Assembly: GCF_006345805.1 (NCBI RefSeq)
Contig: NC_043019.1
Coordinates: 17,359,360 to 17,423,359, forward strand
Source: Octopus sinensis
Taxonomy: Eukaryota
Length of the DNA: 64,000 bases
Reading direction: 5' to 3'
In this document: one piece after another, positions 12,290-24,624 of the stretch
How positions within the stretch are numbered: the stretch's first letter is position 1
Layout of the letters: each line of letters opens with the position of its first letter
The notes under the pieces: generated by a model
Databases searched by the model: none
Seen by the model: only the letters and a program-made list of their open reading frames with translations
Told to the model about the DNA's origin: nothing
Program-made: the position numbers and the translations under genes

Positions 12290-12730
12290 GTGCCTGACAA
12301 AATGCTTCATGACATTTCTTCCAGCTTTATGTTCTGAGTTCAAATCCCACTGTGGTTGACTTTGCTTTTCATCTTTTTGTGGTTGATAAAATAAGCACCA
12401 GTTAAGTACTGGGACTGAAAGGTAAGAGAGTCCAGTTTGCAGGACATTGTTGTAGAGCTGAAAAAGAGGTAATTTCTACTCTTCTCCTCTGGATACCAGA
12501 GGGCGCACACTCTCTTACCCTGATGTAATCTCCAGGGATACAGGCATCCAGCAACAGGACCTCCGTAATGCCATGATGGACCGTGAAGTCTGGCGTAGCA
12601 TGGTAAATTCCATTGTCTCAACCACGGTCGAACAATGATGATGACTGGGGCTGAGGTATTTTACTTGCTCTGTCCCCCAAAATTTCAAGCATTGTGCCTA
12701 TAGTAGAAAGGATTAGTATTATCATCATTA
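12290..12730 (+). mobile_element. SINE family C (ATT-tailed variant) interrupted by an RTE fragment
   Basis: Nin-like segment up to 12413 resumes at 12644 (CTGGGG...GTAGAAAGGATTAGTATTATCATCATT). Confidence 0.7.
12414..12643 (+). mobile_element. 5'-truncated RTE LINE insertion with ACTGGG target-site duplication
   Basis: LKGKRVQFAGHCCRAEKEVISTLLLW...DTGIQQQDLRNAMMDREVWRSMVNSIVSTTVEQ**; ACTGGG at 12408-12413 and 12644-12649. Confidence 0.85.
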
Positions 12731-13301
12731 TTATTATTATTATTGTTGTTGTTACTATTACAATTATTATTGTTGTTGTTGCTTGACATTTCCTGAAAGC
12801 AGATTAGAAAATAGAATAATATTATCAAATGTCATTTATTTATAGTACAAGGTTTCCTTGTTCCAGTGTTTTGTTTTTTTCCTATATATTTATCCTAGAG
12901 ATTTCCTTGAACAAGTGAGTTTCCAGCTATTTTTATCTCTTTCTGCTTTATCAATCTTATTTATGTCAACTGGAGCTGTTAGACCAACTTGCCATCTATT
13001 GTCTGCTTGTGACCTTCATCTAATTTTGCTTGGTCATTGTTACCAAAGGAGCCTTGCCACTTGAGTTTTGATGTCGTAATGATTAACACACACCTGATAC
13101 TTCTCATATGAGATGGGCAGTTTTGTCTTCACCAGCGCATGTGCATACGATGGATGGAAGATCCATCTGGTGTATATTTAGTGTAGTGTTTGTTTCCATC
13201 ATTGCTACCATACTTAACTTCTAATAAAATGAATGAATACAAAAAAAATGGAAACCTTTCATATTAACAAAAATAATAATTTAATAATTATTTGGTTGTA
13301 T

Positions 13302-13461
13302 AGGTGCAGGTGTGGTTGAATGGTAAGAAGTTTGCTTTCCAGCTATAAGGTTCCAGGTTCAGTCCCACTGTGTGGTACCATGGGCAAGTGTCTTCTATCA
13401 CCTTGGGCTGACCAAAGCCTTGTGAGTGGATTTGGTAGACAAATATTAAAAGAAAAGCCAT

Positions 13462-13496
<35 letters not shown>

Positions 13497-13658
13497 TTAT
13501 GTCCCTGTAACTTAGCGGTTCAGCAACAGAAACCAATAGAATAAGTACCAGGCTTTATAAAAAAAATAAACACTGGGATTCGATAAGTTTAAAATTCTTC
13601 AAGGCAGTTTCCCAGCATGGCTGCTGTCCAATGACTGAAACAAGTATAAGGTAAAAGA
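13302..13658 (+). mobile_element. SINE family A, older copy
   Basis: Head GGTTCAGTCCCACTG, (GT)n core, tail CAGCATGGCTGCTGTCCAATGACTGAAACAAG. Confidence 0.88.
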
Positions 13659-14348
13659 TATTATTAATCAAAAGATTACCGTTAAAGCAGCTGAGTAATT
13701 TGATCTTCCACTTTCTATAAACATATATTTGGTGTGGTGGGAATTATTAGCTATTCTACTTCATCCTTCAAATTACTGATGCAGGCATGGGATATCACAT
13801 ACCTTCTCTATTCAGTCAGTAACCAAATTAATTGGCTGTGTATGTAGCATAGGAGATTATAAAATTCTTCTTTCTCGTCTATGTAGTTTAATTAAACGAA
13901 GAATTCTAATTTAACTTAAATAGCTAAATTACTATTTTTTTTTCTTGCATGCCAAACACAATGATTTCAGAAATACTTCACCTGTTTCTTTACTCTTAAT
14001 ATAAACCCATTTGAGGTTGTTTATATTGAATTGAAAATCTCAATAAAAATTTGATTGCAATGAGCAATGGTTAGAAGAATATTGAGTGAAACCTAGTGAC
14101 TAGCAAGGCCACATCTCAGTAATGCCATTGAAAGGAAGGCTCCGAAATGGCACGCATTCTCTCCTGGTGATCTCATAAGCTTGCTTGCATCTGAAAGTTG
14201 CTTGCAAAATATCTAAATGAAATCATAAAACTGGTTGACCAACACTGGCATTATGTATGAGCCAAGAGAGAAGCATCTGTGTGGTCATTCGACTGGCCAG
14301 AGATAGAACTAAATCCCCCAATCAACCCCGCTACTGAACTACAACTTA

Positions 14349-14972
14349 CCATTTTTAGCATTTAAACCGGCCACATCTGGCCAAAATATTCTACATGTTT
14401 TATGTTCAAAATGGCCAGATCCTGCCTTTCACACCTACCCTACAGTGTCATTCTAAAAATAGTCACATCATTGAAATCTTGATGCTACATGATACTCTCT
14501 TTTACTCTTTTACTTGTTTCAGTCATTTGACTGCGGCCATGCTGGAGCACCGCCTTTAATCAAGCAACTCGACCCCGGGACTTATTCTTTGTAAGCCCAG
14601 TACTTATTCTGTCGGTCTCTTTTGCCGAACCGCTGAGTGACGGGGACATAAACACACCAGCATCGGTTGTCAAGCGATGTCGGGGGGGGGCAAACACTGA
14701 CACACAAACATATACACACGCACACACACACATATATATATACATATATACAACGGGCTTCTTTCAGTTTCCGTCTACCAAATCCACTCACAAGGCTTTG
14801 GTCGGCCCGAGGCTATAGCAGAAGACACTTGCCCAAGATGCCACGCAGTGGGACTGAACCTGGAACCATGTGGTTGGTAAGCAAGCTACTTACCACACAG
14901 CCACATGATTAATTCCAAACAATATGACTAAATAAGCTCTACATGTCACAGAGAAATCTGAATGCTTAAGGG
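14349..14972. mobile_element. TTAA MITE family M2 split by a SINE A insertion
   Basis: TTTAGCATTTAAACC...AATGCTTAAGGG|TTAA; halves match the intact copy at 23763-23971. Confidence 0.75.
14494..14902 (-). mobile_element. SINE family A, young copy with ACATGAT TSD
   Basis: CpGs retained; ACATGAT at 14487-14493 and 14903-14909. Confidence 0.93.
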
Positions 14973-16610
14973 TTAAATTTGTCTACCAAATCCACTCACA
15001 ATCCTCTGGTTAACGTAGTTATCTATATGTTGTCTCAAAATAAGATTGGATGGTCATCACTGGAATGTTTGATCAGTTTTCTGTTTGACCGAAATTGAGC
15101 TGAGGCTAAATAAATAAGCAATATATAAATTACAGACATTGTTTATGAAACCCTTCCAAATTTTGATTTTTACGAAAAATTGAGATACATATATGTACTT
15201 ATAAGAAATGTAGTCAAGAAAAGGGATAAATCAATACAGAAGGGAAAATAAATCAATAGGCTCTGTAGAGCAAATAACAACTTCAAAAAACTAGGACAGT
15301 TGGCAAGATTTCAGGGTTGGCAGCTTTGTTTATTTCTAAGGAAATATGAGCTGATTATTGTGGAAATTGTCTGACAGTTCTTTGAATTAGAGTGAGAATT
15401 ATTAAGTCTGAATTAAGCAAGGTGTGACATAATGTAAAGTATTAAAGTTACAGAACCCAGTTTTAGAACATTTTCGTAAAGAATTTGGCAATCCTTTACT
15501 GCATGAATCATCATTACTCCTATGTCTACTGAGTGGCTATGTCAGACTTTGATTTTAGCTTTCAGCTTTGACCATTTACTGACCATATTGCGATACAGAT
15601 TAAGTTGTTGTTTAACTTTGGTCAGCCTTGATCAAGATAACCAATGATCAGACATTCCAGCCATGACCAATCTGCCTTTCTAATGTGGCACACTCTTTTT
15701 TTTTATTAACATAGTAGTATCTAATTTGATGGTGATTTGGTTGCTATTTCTAGCAGGTCAAGTGATCACATACAAACTCTTTCACTTGTTCCATGTTCTT
15801 GTAATCCAGGTAGGAGGAAGCTTGGTTGACTCTGCAGTTTGAGAGTGGAAGTCTGCTAGTTGATTGATCTCAAGTGATCTAGTTTCTGCACTAAGTACAG
15901 CATCATTATGGAACTGATGAGAGACCCAAAATTGATGAGGCTGGTCCAGGGGGGTAAATTTGAAGTACACTGTTTGTATATTTTAATAAATTTTCAAACA
16001 GTCATTTTTTGGAGGGTGTTCAGTATAGTCCTTACGACAAGGGCAAAGGATTTTGTAACATTTGCAACTCTGAACTCTTCCATATTCTCTTCTCTAAGAA
16101 TCACCTTGTTAACACACTTATAGAGTGATCTTGCAAATGTAAGCACTGGCAGAAACATACCTTTAGCTCTTATACCAGTCTGTATAGTTTAAACATTTAG
16201 TTCACCTTGCACTTTACTTCAGTAGAGAAATCTACTTACAAGCCTTTGAACATTTTTTCAACCAATATATCCCTCTTTATTTGTTCTCTACCTATTATTT
16301 CTTTACCCCTTCTCTTCCTATAGTCTGCCTTTGACGTCAGATCTACTAACGGTTTAAAAAAAAATACTTAATAGCATTCTGTTTATCATTTATGCAGTCA
16401 TCAAAATTGTTATAATGTCTTGTTGTTGAGATAGGTTCTCTTTCTTTCCTGATAAGAAGATTACACTATTTTACACCATTTATTCCTTTGGAATAAAACC
16501 AATGTTGTCTTCGAAACATATGTCGAAAGTAAAATAATTTGAATAACACCTGCTTTCAACTCCATTTATTTACTTATATATATATATATATATATAATAT
16601 ATATATATAT

Positions 16611-16948
16611 GTGGAGGCGCAATGGCCCAGTGGTTAGGGCAGCGGACTCGCGGTCGTAGGATCGCGGTTTCGATTCCCAGACCGGGCGTTGTGAGTGTTT
16701 ATTGAGTGAAAACACCTAAAAGCTCCACGACACTCCGGCAGGGGGTGGTGATCCCTGCTGTACTCTTTCACCACTCTTTCTCCCACTCTTTCACCACTCT
16801 TTCTCCCACTCTTTCTTCTGTTGGCCTGCTCACTTAGCCAGCGGGGTGGCGTCATTCAAAGGCTAAAACAATACAAACGCATTGTGACCAGCGATGTGTA
16901 ACAACATCTGATGGTCTGGTTGGTCACGTGATCACGTGATCATGTGAT

Positions 16949-16949
<1 letters not shown>
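16611..16949 (+). mobile_element. SINE family B1, tRNA-Arg(TCG)-like head, flanked by (TA)n
   Basis: A box TGGCCCAGTGG, anticodon-like GACTCGCGG, B box GGTTTCGATTCC; tail ends (CACGTGAT)n; (TA)n on both sides. Confidence 0.88.
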
Positions 16950-16988
<39 letters not shown>

Positions 16989-17101
16989 ATATATATTATA
17001 TTTACATGTATTTTTTTTTTATATATCAAGCCCAAGCATGTTTGCTTGTTTGCATTATTACCTTTTCCTAGCTCTCTCTCTTTCTATATATATATATATA
17101 T

Positions 17102-17394
17102 AACAATAAACGTCGCCCTTTTCAAGCCTAGCCAGGCTCATGGGCCTGGTTTCCTGGTTTCTGTGACGTATGTGTTCCCTCCAGCTGGACGGGATGCCAA
17201 TCCATCGCAGCATTACTCAAGAAACAGGAAGAAAGAGTGAGAGAAAGTTGTGGTGAAAGAGTATACAGGGGTCGCCACCACGCCCTGCTGGAGACTTGTG
17301 GAGCTTTAGGTGTTTTTGCTCAATAAACACACACAATGCCTGGTCTGGGAATCGAAACCGCGATCCTCTGACCACTCGGCCATTGTGCCTCCAC
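17102..17394 (-). mobile_element. SINE family B2: same head as B1, different tail
   Basis: 17222-17394 is the reverse complement of 16611-16822; the tail (...CCCATGAGCCTGGCTAGGCTTGAAAAGGGCG) is unrelated to the B1 tail. Confidence 0.85.
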
Positions 17395-17429
17395 ACACAC
17401 ACATATATATAAGAATTAGATTTTCTAAT

Positions 17430-17700
17430 CTTTTATCTTGTTTCAGTCATTAGAGATTTAAACACACTGACTTGTTGTCAAGCTGTGACGGGAGACAGAT
17501 ACAAAGATACTCATCCATCCATCCATCCATCTATCCATCGACCCGCCCACCCACCTTTCAGTTTCCATCTATAAAATTCACTCACAAGGCTTTGGTTGGC
17601 TTGAGGCTATAGTAGAAGGTATTTACCCAAGGTATCATGCAGTGGGACAGATCCCGGAACCATGTGGTTGAGAAGCAAGCTTCTTACCACACTTGCACCT
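17430..17700 (-). mobile_element. SINE family A, degraded and internally deleted
   Basis: CTTGTTTCAGTCATT tail and TCACAAGGCTTTGGTTGGCTTGAGGCTATAGTAGAAG body. Confidence 0.8.
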
Positions 17701-17820
17701 GTGTCCACCAATGTACAGCCTTATAATGAATCTTCTAGCACATTTTCTGCAAGTAGTGAAGTTTTACATTGCTGATGAGGTGAGAATAAGACTGAAATAT
17801 GCTTGTAGTTTGTCTCCTAT

Positions 17821-17852
17821 ACTCACCTGAAAAATACAAGCAACATTAGTCA
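17821..17852 (-). other. Candidate recursive (ratchet) splice site: 3' splice site abutting a 5' splice site
   Basis: Minus strand reads GACTAATGTTGCTTGTATTTTTCAG|GTGAGT: branch-point-like CTAAT, pyrimidine tract, CAG, then the donor consensus. Confidence 0.4.
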
Positions 17853-18063
17853 TTGACTAATAGTTTTTTTTCTTTCTGCATATTTATTTCTAGTTAATGC
17901 ATCATGTATTATATAACTTACTGCTCACTTAACTATCTGGCTCCGCTGAGCTGTCAACCTTGCACCACTATAAATTGATTTTTGTCTAGCATAATTTTGT
18001 ACACATTTTATTAAGTAGTCAAATGTGGCTTTACTTCAGCCTTGATGTTAAAAAAATTATCAT

Positions 18064-18235
18064 AGGCGTAGGAGTGGCTGTGTGGTAAGTAGCTTGTTTA
18101 CCAACCACATGGTTCCGGGTTCAGTCCCACTGCGTGGCACCTTGGGCAAGTGTCTTCTGCTATAGCCTCGGGCTGACCAAAGCCTTGTGAGTGGATTTGT
18201 TAGACGGAAACTGAAAGAAGCCCGTCGTATATATG

Positions 18236-18274
<39 letters not shown>

Positions 18275-18505
18275 GTGCGTGTGTGTTTGTGTGTCTGTGT
18301 TTGTCCCCCTAGCATTGCTTGACAACCGATGCTGGTGTGTTTATGTCCCCGTTACTTAGCGGTTCGGCAAAAGAGGCCGATAGAATAAGTACTGGGCTTA
18401 CAAAAGAATAAGTCCCGGGGCCGAGTTGCTTGATTAAAAAAAAAAAAAAAAAAAGTCAGTGCTCCAGCATGGCCGCAGTCAAATGACTGAAACAAGTAAA
18501 AGAGT
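18064..18505 (+). mobile_element. SINE family A, young full-length copy
   Basis: GGCGTAGGAGTGGCTGTGTGGTAAG (A box), GGTTCAGTCCC (B box), CCTTGGGCAAGTGTC (CORE-like), (TA)n, tail CAGTCAAATGACTGAAACAAGTAAAAGAG. Confidence 0.95.
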
Positions 18506-19179
18506 ATGTCAATCCTCATCTGAAGCTTTAAAAAAGGCCCCTTGAAGACCTAATTTCACAGTGAAGCTAAATACTTATGGACACAACTCCCTCTATTATC
18601 TGTCTGTCTCACGACATAATTTTATCTCTAGAAACATATTTAAAGTAAGAATCAATGTGCATGGGGGTGGTCGTGGTGGATAGGATATAACATATTTAAT
18701 GCTCCTTATGTTAAACACCAACTTAACTGTCTCAACGCATTTATTTCTAGTTATCATGTTTAATGCTCCTTTCATGAAACACATTAGCACTAATTTAACT
18801 GTATCTATTTCAAGCGCACATCTTTCCTTTCCATCTGTTAGGAGAATATGAATACAATCCAATTACAATTGTTTAAAGTTAGTAACAAGTGATGCAGAAG
18901 AAAGAGTAGGATGAGTCATTATTCTGTCATTTACCTATTAGCAGCACTTGTGTTAATTACACGTGAAGTCTACACAAGTGTACACAATACTGTCACTTGA
19001 ACCAGGAACTTGGCTCTGTCTTGCTGTCTGCTGAGATCCGTGTTTAGTACAAGAAAGTGGAAACAGTGGGAGCACTTCTGATCACGACTGCTGCAATGGT
19101 GGGGAGGAGTACATGTGTGTTTACTGTATGAGTTTGCACATGTATATTGTGGGTCTTTACACATATGATTTCTATGCAT

Positions 19180-19552
19180 CTTTTACTTGTTTGTCGTTCG
19201 GTTGTGGCCGTGCTGGGGCACTGATTTGAAGGGTTTTACTTGAACGAATCGACCCCAGGACTTTTTTTTTTTTTGTAAGCCTGATGCTTGTTCTGTTGGT
19301 CTCTTTTGCCAAACCACTAAGTTATGGGGATGTAAACATACTAGCACTGGTTGTCAAGAGGTAATGGGAGACAGATACAAAGACACACATATATATACGG
19401 CAGGCTTCTTTCAGTTTCCATCTTCCAGATCCACTTACAAAGGTTTGGTTGGCCCAAGGCTATAGTAGAAGACACTTCTCCAATGCACCATGTTGTGGGA
19501 CTGAACCCAGAACCATGTGGTTGGGAAGCAAACTTCTTACCACACAGCCATC
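19180..19552 (-). mobile_element. SINE family A, older copy
   Basis: Similar along its length to family A on the minus strand. Confidence 0.85.
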
Positions 19553-21735
19553 CCTGTTCATTTTGGAAATGAAGTTTTTTAGGAGCATGTTGAAAGTGTT
19601 TTCATTGACTGCCAAAAGTTTTAGGGGGTGCAAGTGTGGCACCCTCTGTTTCCCCTGTTTCCGAGCTTATGAATATAATGTGAATTATGAATATATGGGC
19701 ACATTTTTGATAAAATGTAATGTGTATTGTATATATATGTGTCTAGTGAATGTTTACCAAGATATTAGGCAAATAGCTAATAGGAAATTCGTAATAAAAT
19801 ACAATTGATGTTTAGCCCTAGGTCAGCCATGACTATCTTGTCTTTATATCTTGGGCTAGATTTAGCTGCTACTTTCAGAAGTTTGACTGCATAAGCATCG
19901 AACCCCACTCATTAATTTTTTGTTAAGTGAGCAAATGTGTGATCAGAAGCATTTTAGTGCCAACTTTCCCATTCTTTAGGATATTAGGCAATACACCCTT
20001 CCAACATGGAAGAGGGTAATCCGAGGGCAACGTGGCTGCTCTATGTGGTCAGATATACCACACAGAGCAGTGAAATCACTTACTCATAAGAGGCGAATGA
20101 AATCTCTAAAACGATTATATGAAATAAAAATGGTTGAATCTTTAAGTTGTGTACCTTATTTTCTGCAGCACAGGTTCTAGCAATTTTGTTCCTGGTCCTC
20201 TTCCTGTGATGTAGAGGCCTCTTCTCATTGGCTTCACTTCTTCTAATGTTTCTGTTGTTCCTTAAGAATAACAGAGCTCTGCTTAAGTTCCATGTAACGT
20301 GTGAAAAACTATCTTGAAAATTAGGTGAGCTGAGTACAGAATAAGTTCTGTTTATTAATAGAACAGCAGATGGAGGTTGACAAGATATTTTAAATGTTAT
20401 GGTGTGAAGGCTTCATAAATAACTTGCTTAGCATTTGTTGGCATTTGTGTAGCAGATAGTATTGGCAACAGAGAAGAAATGTCTTCAATGAGTCACTGTT
20501 GTAGTTATTATTATTGTTTAACCCCAGGTTGTATAGAAGCCTGTTTAGAAGTGATCAAGCAGACCTGTGATCAAAAGCATTGTAGCCTTGACTGTCTTGT
20601 TTTTGTGTCTTCAGACACAATGTCTCTGATACAATGTAGTTGGTGATAGGTTTTAAGATGGCTGGACGTGATCCGAGGGAGAGTTTGCTGTGGTATTTAG
20701 TGGATAGTACAATTGTGTAGAAGCCTCTTTATCGGTTCCTATGCAGTAAATGTTTTATCTGCATTTATGTGGTGAAACTGAATTCAAAGGAATTGATTTG
20801 TTGTTGTTTAGCTCCATATCAGCCTTGATCCAGCTAAGGTATGATCAAATGTATTCCATTCATGACCATCTCATATTCACACATTTAAGACTACATTATT
20901 CACTGTATCCATTGTCACAGTTATTCTTTTAGGTCATCCATGATCCAACAGATCTATGATCAAATACATTCCAGCTGTGACCTTCATGTTTTTTTTTAAA
21001 ATTCAGACAGTGTATTTATGACTACATTATCAAATGTGCCCTTTTTTTACTTTTATTGTTGTTTACCCTCAGGTCAGCCATGATCCACAGGCCTATGATC
21101 AAAGACGTTTCAGCTATGATCATCCCGTTTTATTTTCTGACATAATGTACCTTGGACTACATTATCTAATGTGTGATTTAAGGACATGTAGCTGCTATTT
21201 GTAATTGATTGAATGACCATATAGAGGACCCCTTGTTTATCTAAAGGAGTAAAGTTTGTTATAGTTTTGTTGAACACATGACAACTGGGTCTTAAGGGCT
21301 GATTGTCAGGTTTACTCATCAAGAAATTGGTTCTTGATGTGGCTTAGAAAGTTATAATCTAAGCAAGTTTAATATTCAAGAATCAATTATACTGATTTTT
21401 AAAAACATACTTCAAAGCTAGTGCAGAGAATTTTTGACTGACCCCAGGTCAATCCTATTCCAGCAGAATGATGACAAAAAACATTTCAGCTGTGACCATC
21501 CTGTAATTCTTTTTAATAGTTTAGACAGAAGAGATATGGTAGTGCCCCATAATCCCTTTTAGGACTTCTATGACTTGTGGAGGAATGGAGGGAGATATCC
21601 ATAAACTAGAAACAACCTGAATGCTTGTATCAGAGTAGACTTTGCTAAAGGTACCCAAGGGCTAATGTTAATCCATGTAGTGGATTAGGTCTACCCACTT
21701 GGCTGAGAGACTGCATTGTTCAATGTAATTTTATA

Positions 21736-22168
21736 CCTTTAGTATTCAGATTATTCTGTCAAATATGTAAAAGGACAAAACCCCCTTCAATCATGAATGA
21801 TTATGGGATTGCACCTAGAAAGTTACCCTTCAAATCACAAGTCTGGGCAAAGTTGTTCATGGAGCAAAGTGTCTTGCTCAAGAACACAACACACAGCCCA
21901 ATCTCGGAATCGAACTTACTATATCATGATTGTGAGCCTGACACTCTAACCATTGAACCATGCACCTTCATGTCAAATATAATGCTTATGTATTAACATC
22001 TTTTTAAATTAATCCTGCATTATTTCGTAGCTTTGAGATTTCAATGATGAAATTGCTTATTTGTAAAATGACATTGTAGGGTAGGTGCAAAAGACCAGCT
22101 CTGGCCAGTTTGCAGAGAAAACAGGTCGAATATTTTGGCCAGATGTGGCTGGTTTAAATGCTAAAGGG
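21736..22168. mobile_element. TTAA MITE family M2 split by a SINE D insertion
   Basis: CCTTTAGTATTCAG...AAATGCTAAAGGG; the insert is flanked by a TGTCAAATAT duplication. Confidence 0.75.
21767..21970 (-). mobile_element. SINE family D, internally deleted, with 10-bp TSD
   Basis: TGTCAAATAT at 21757-21766 and 21971-21980; head and tail match 22656-22993. Confidence 0.85.
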
Positions 22169-22655
22169 TTGAAATGGTTGGCTGTATGTATCTGGAGGGA
22201 GATTTGGCTGCTATTTCTAGCTGTGCTTGATTAAGTGACTGTGTAGAGGTTTCCTCATTCAGTTGAATGATTAGTAACTAGAACTGGTAGGTTAGTGATT
22301 GCCTGTAGTGGCATAAATTGGATTTGAAATATATAAAAAGCAAAATGATTAAAAATCTATGTTGGTATGTTTCTTAAGGTGATGTAGAAAGTAAAGTTAT
22401 TGTTATATAGCCCTAGGCTAGTCCTGATCACACAGACTATGATCAGATGCAATTCCAGATATGATCATCCCATCTTTTCCACAAGATGTAGTGAAATATA
22501 GGATGGCATTATCTAATATAGCCTTCCTTATTTTTGATAGTAGAGCAAGTGGAGATCTCACTATTACTATTTCTAGCTGATCAAATGATCACATAGATTC
22601 CCTCTTGTCTCACAGAGAGTAAAATCTTAAATGTAGGAAATTTACATGGCATTAG

Positions 22656-22993
22656 TGAAGGCGCATGGCTCAGTGGTTAGAGCGTCGAGCTTACGATCGT
22701 GAGGTTGTGAGCTCGAATCCCGGGCCGGGCTGTGTGTTGTGTTCTTGAGCAAGACACTTTATTTCACATTGCTCCAGTTCACTCAGCTGTAGAAATGAGT
22801 TGCGACATCATAGGTGCCAAGCTGTACCGGCCCCTTTGCCTTTCCCTTGGATGACACTGGTGGCGTGGAGAAGGGAGGCCGGTATGCATGGATGACTGCT
22901 GGGATTCCATAAACAACCTTGCCCGGACTTGTGCCTGGGAGGGTAATTTTCTAGGTGCAATCCCATGGTCAGTGTTGTGACCGAAGGGGGTCT
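22656..22993 (+). mobile_element. SINE family D, full length (tRNA head plus CORE-like domain)
   Basis: A box TGGCTCAGTGG, B box-like AGCTCGAATCC; 13-bp TSD TAC(A/G)TGGCATTAG at 22643-22655 and 22994-23006. Confidence 0.92.
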
Positions 22994-23443
22994 TACGTGG
23001 CATTAGAAAGCTAAAGGACAGTGCTGTCTATCCCTGGTTAGTAATGTCAGACTGTTAATGGTAGATCTCAATTCAGAACACGTGTAATGAGAGACATTTT
23101 GCCAGTTGTGTTATTTCACTGCTATTTACAGTGGTTCAGTTGTACTACTTCCTCGTTCAATAATGTCTTTGATATATCTAGAAACAGGAAACAATTGTCA
23201 TGGTTGTAACGCTTTTGATTACAAGACTTACTTAAGGTTAACTAATCATTGGCTAATGAAGTCATTGATATAGTAATGGGAAAATAAGATTGGGATGGTC
23301 TTTGACTTTGGTTTCACTTCGAATTGACTTGTAGCTAAACAACTTCAACAAAGGGAAAACACATTCCGTAATGTAGGTCTGGCTATATTGTGCCTGAAGA
23401 GGTAGGATGAGAAGATTTCAGTGTTGAAATACCTTTCTCTTAA

Positions 23444-23667
23444 CCCTTTCGTTACCAACCCGGCTGAAACCGGCTCTGGCTTTGAATACAAATGTCTTGT
23501 TATCATAAGTTTCGAATTAAAATCTCCCACCAAACCTTAATCACAATTTATGTTCCTAACACCAGCTGAATGATAACAAAATTATTTTACTAAATTCTTT
23601 GTTATATTTAAAGTAATTGAAAGAAAGAAACACAGAGCATCTCAACAGAAATACAGTAACGAAAGGG
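23444..23667 (-). mobile_element. TTAA MITE family M1, opposite orientation to 2044-2264
   Basis: TTAA|CCCTTTCGTTAC...GTAACGAAAGGG|TTAA. Confidence 0.92.
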
Positions 23668-23762
23668 TTAAGGTGTGTTTGATCAGGGCTGCCTTGTAAC
23701 TAAACAAAAACTGCTGTACACATTGATATAGCACACATGCATTGTTTTATCTTTCTCATTAA

Positions 23763-23971
23763 CCCTTTAACATTCAGATTACTCTTTTAAATGTGATGAT
23801 TATTTATTCAGTTGTTTAGAATTAATCATACATTATCTTAGAGCTCTGAGATTTCAATGATGTGATTGGTTATTTTTAGAGGGCAGCAGTGAGAGGCAGA
23901 ATACAGCCAGATTGAACATGAAATAAGTAGAATATTTAGGCCAGATATGACCGGGTTTAAATGCTAAAGGG
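23763..23971. mobile_element. TTAA MITE family M2, intact
   Basis: TTAA|CCCTTTAACATT...AATGCTAAAGGG|TTAA. Confidence 0.88.
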
Positions 23972-24624
23972 TTAAATATAATTTCCTTCTGTTTTGATAA
24001 CATATTAATTATCAATATAGTCAATACAGTCCATTGTGGCTACTGGAGAGATGAAAATGTTCTTTTATAATTAGAGACTATAGCTTTTTCAAATCCTCCA
24101 GTGTTCCATTACGTTTTAGCTCTAAACGACAGTTTGCTCCAATAAATAATTTGCAGTATGTGTTATTGGTAAGAATGCAATGATGAATTTGGTGGTATTG
24201 ATATTTTTGTAGGAGTCTTTCTTACATATGGTAAATGCATTCAGTTAGACAATTTTGGGGGAAGAGAAAATGGCTGTTGGAGGAAAGATGTTGAGTACAC
24301 TGTGTGTGTGTGTGAGAGAGAGAGAGTAAAGTAGAGGAAGAGTGCTCAGTTGAGTTGTATCGAGAGTCACTTTAAAGTGTGTCCCATATAAGCAGAGGCT
24401 CGATTGTGTTATGGTTAAAATATCTGTTTTGCAACCATGTGATTCTGAGTTCAGTCTCATTGCATGACATCTTGAGAAAATTGTCTTTTACCACCTTTTG
24501 ATAGGAGGTAAGCCCATCAAAAATGAGGATGTCAGTAGGTACATCCATCCATCCATACATACATGCATGTGTGTATTTATGCATGCGTATATACCTGTGT
24601 GTGTATATATGTTTGTATGTCTTT

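Larger units (their letters stand above)
20520..22600 (+). repeat. Cluster of fragments of an ancient dispersed repeat (AGGTCAGCCATGATC...CTATGATCAAA...TTCCAGCTGTGACCATCC...GGCTGCTATTTCTAG)
   Basis: Related fragments near 20525, 20820, 20930, 21070, 21440 and 22410; also near 15600, 48500, 51850 and 61250-61640. Confidence 0.6.

Noticed and set aside
16611-16690. tRNA genes (also 18064, 22656 and 40712)
   Set aside because: A/B boxes are present, but the acceptor stems are incomplete and each runs into a SINE body.
20153-20275. Possible minus-strand exon RALLFLRNNRNIRRSEANEKRPLHHRKRTRNKIARTCAAENK
   Set aside because: Weak acceptor, non-consensus donor (GTACAC) and no recognisable homology.
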